A DNA stretch of 61,334 nt, filler included, from Rhizaria sp. SCN 62-66 (taxonomy: Eukaryota), in NCBI GenBank assembly GCA_001724265.1. It is 3 parts of 3 records of this genome, joined end to end, with 100 filler letters (N's around TTAATTAATTAA, not from the genome) between each part and the next. Parts side by side here need not be neighbours in the genome. Positions count along the whole stretch, not along the records: positions 44,132 to 61,334 come from MEDY01000484.1; 2 more parts are not named here. One strand, given 5' to 3'. The notes under the pieces were generated by a model. It saw only the letters and a list, made by a program, of their open reading frames with translations, made no database searches and had not been told where the DNA came from. Positions 59,791 to 61,334 of this stretch are shown here, piece after piece; positions within the stretch are counted from its first letter, which is position 1, and each line of letters begins with the position of its first letter. The position numbers were made by a program, and so were the translations under genes.

Positions 59791-60870
59791 AACAGCATCA
59801 TGCCCGCCCTAACTTGATCCACCCACTTGTTGTTTTGTTTATATTTCAAAACACCTCTTGTTATATTTCAGTTGAACATTTCCAGAATACAAACTAATGA
59901 TTTCATAGCAAATTCACATCATTAAAAACCGTCGGAACTTATCTTTGCCTAATGAAGTCCATTTCGGACCGCTCGAAACATATGTTAAATCGGAGCAACA
60001 CTTTTATCCGCTTGTTTCAGCAATTTTTCTGTCGCGATTGGATATAGTTGTTGAATTTTAGACACAGAAATCTAACAGTTGAGACGCTTGTCAGTTCGAA
60101 GACCAAGACGCGATTCTACGCGATATCTGAATGCAGGAGAAGAAATATCACGTGTCAACGTTGCCGCACACATGCAGATTTGTGCAGGCACTTCAATATT
60201 CGCAAAGTCCTGAGGCATACCTGCCGTCTGTTTCTGACCTCCAAGGGCATGACGTAAAGACTGGAATTTGACACACTCATATCGTTATTACAGGAGTCAC
60301 ATCTGATAACCTGCTTAAGTGCCTAGCTTGTCTACACGGATCAGCCTATACACCCGTCAAGAGAGACCAACAGAGTCACAAAGCGGCAACAAGACAGAGT
60401 AAAACGCAGTTTCTGTCTCTCGTCGCAGCAGCTGTGACAATATATCGCATGCAGAGCTTTGGAGCATCCACATCCAAAACCATATAGTTCATTTTCAGGT
60501 AGATTATCGTCCTAAGCTCATTTTGGGGCGTTTTCTATAATGGTAGCACGAAAGTGGACTTGTTGGTCTGTGGCTCGTCCTCAACGACGGCTTACTTTAT
60601 GGTTGTAGTTATTATGTTGGATTGAGTACCCGGGCGAAACGTGATGTACTAGTGTTGTATTTCACGTAGAAAGCAGTGACACAGGTTTTCCAAGCTATCT
60701 ATGTGCGAAACTAATTGACTTTGCTAAAACTTTTGCTTTTTGTGTCTCGGACAATTTCCTAATGCGTCCGCAGTTTAAAATTGTCCCCCCCGCCCCCTGC
60801 TTTCCAGTCCTGTTCCTGATCATCCTGGAGCTCATATTTCCCCATCACTCTTGTGTTTTCCTGCGTAGCA

Positions 60871-61334
60871 ATGAGGAAGCCAACCCGCCGCCAGGTGTTT
60901 ATTGGCCTTGCGGTGTTCTTTGGTATTGCTCTTGTCACCGCTGGTGTCCTCCTTGGCGTATTCGTACGTGAACTTTCGAGCTTCCGACCCTGTTGATCAT
61001 TTGATGGTCTCTGTTGTAATGAAACTACAGAACGCGCGCAGCAACAAAACGAGCGCTACTTTCTTTTCGACAATTAAATTTTAGTTGTATTAAAAATATT
61101 CGAATTTCAATTACCCCTTCTTTGTACATTAATCCAAGTAAGTTCGGAGTCTCACCTCCCTCTGCCTGTGACCATTGGCTTTCGACCTTTTCCCATTATT
61201 CGTCTCGCTATTCTTTTTAATTGCCCTTGCAGCTCGGTGCTAAGCCTAAATCTTCACGCTCCCCGGCGAGGTCGCCAATCACTTACGACCCCGAGCCGAC
61301 CGTCATTCATCCCGATGGCACGCGCCAGTACAAC
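60871..61334 (+). CDS. 5' part of a gene for a type II membrane-anchored or secreted protein, running off the window; exons 60871-60963 and 61233->61334
   Basis: MRKPTRRQVFIGLAVFFGIALVTAGVLLGVF (basic N-terminus plus hydrophobic helix), then a GTACGT donor at 60964, a pyrimidine-rich TTGCAG acceptor at 61232, and an open frame LGAKPKSSRSPARSPITYDPEPTVIHPDGTRQYN. Confidence 0.7.

Overview
Gene-dense nuclear DNA of a eukaryote, most likely a flagellated protist (it carries the ciliary genes DLEC1/FAP81 and LRRC9). Exons are very GC-rich and Ala/Gln/Gly-expanded; introns (124-269 nt) and spacers are short and more AT- or pyrimidine-rich. Two artificial 100-nt linkers (N44-TTAATTAATTAA-N44) split the window into three segments that may not be adjacent in the genome. 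Recognisable genes: DLEC1-like, CstF-77 (CSTF3/RNA14), BCKDH E2 (DBT), ORMDL, elongator tRNA-Met, an ankyrin-repeat protein, LRRC9, a purple acid phosphatase, RPS8 (cut by a gap), SRP19, a Bub2/Cdc16-type TBC GAP, a coiled-coil/PDZ protein and several orphans. The main signal is a possible non-standard genetic code. Two long genes each have a single in-frame TAG in the middle of uninterrupted coding-like sequence (23582-23584, 54367-54369), while none of 13 inferred gene ends uses TAG (8 TAA, 5 TGA). This suggests UAG is a sense codon (Gln or Glu by context) with UAA/UGA kept as stops, although it rests on two sites and base errors cannot be excluded. A second signal is that all 11 confidently placed introns begin GTAC (10 of them GTACG) instead of the usual GTRAG. 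All family assignments are from motif recognition by eye; no database search was run.
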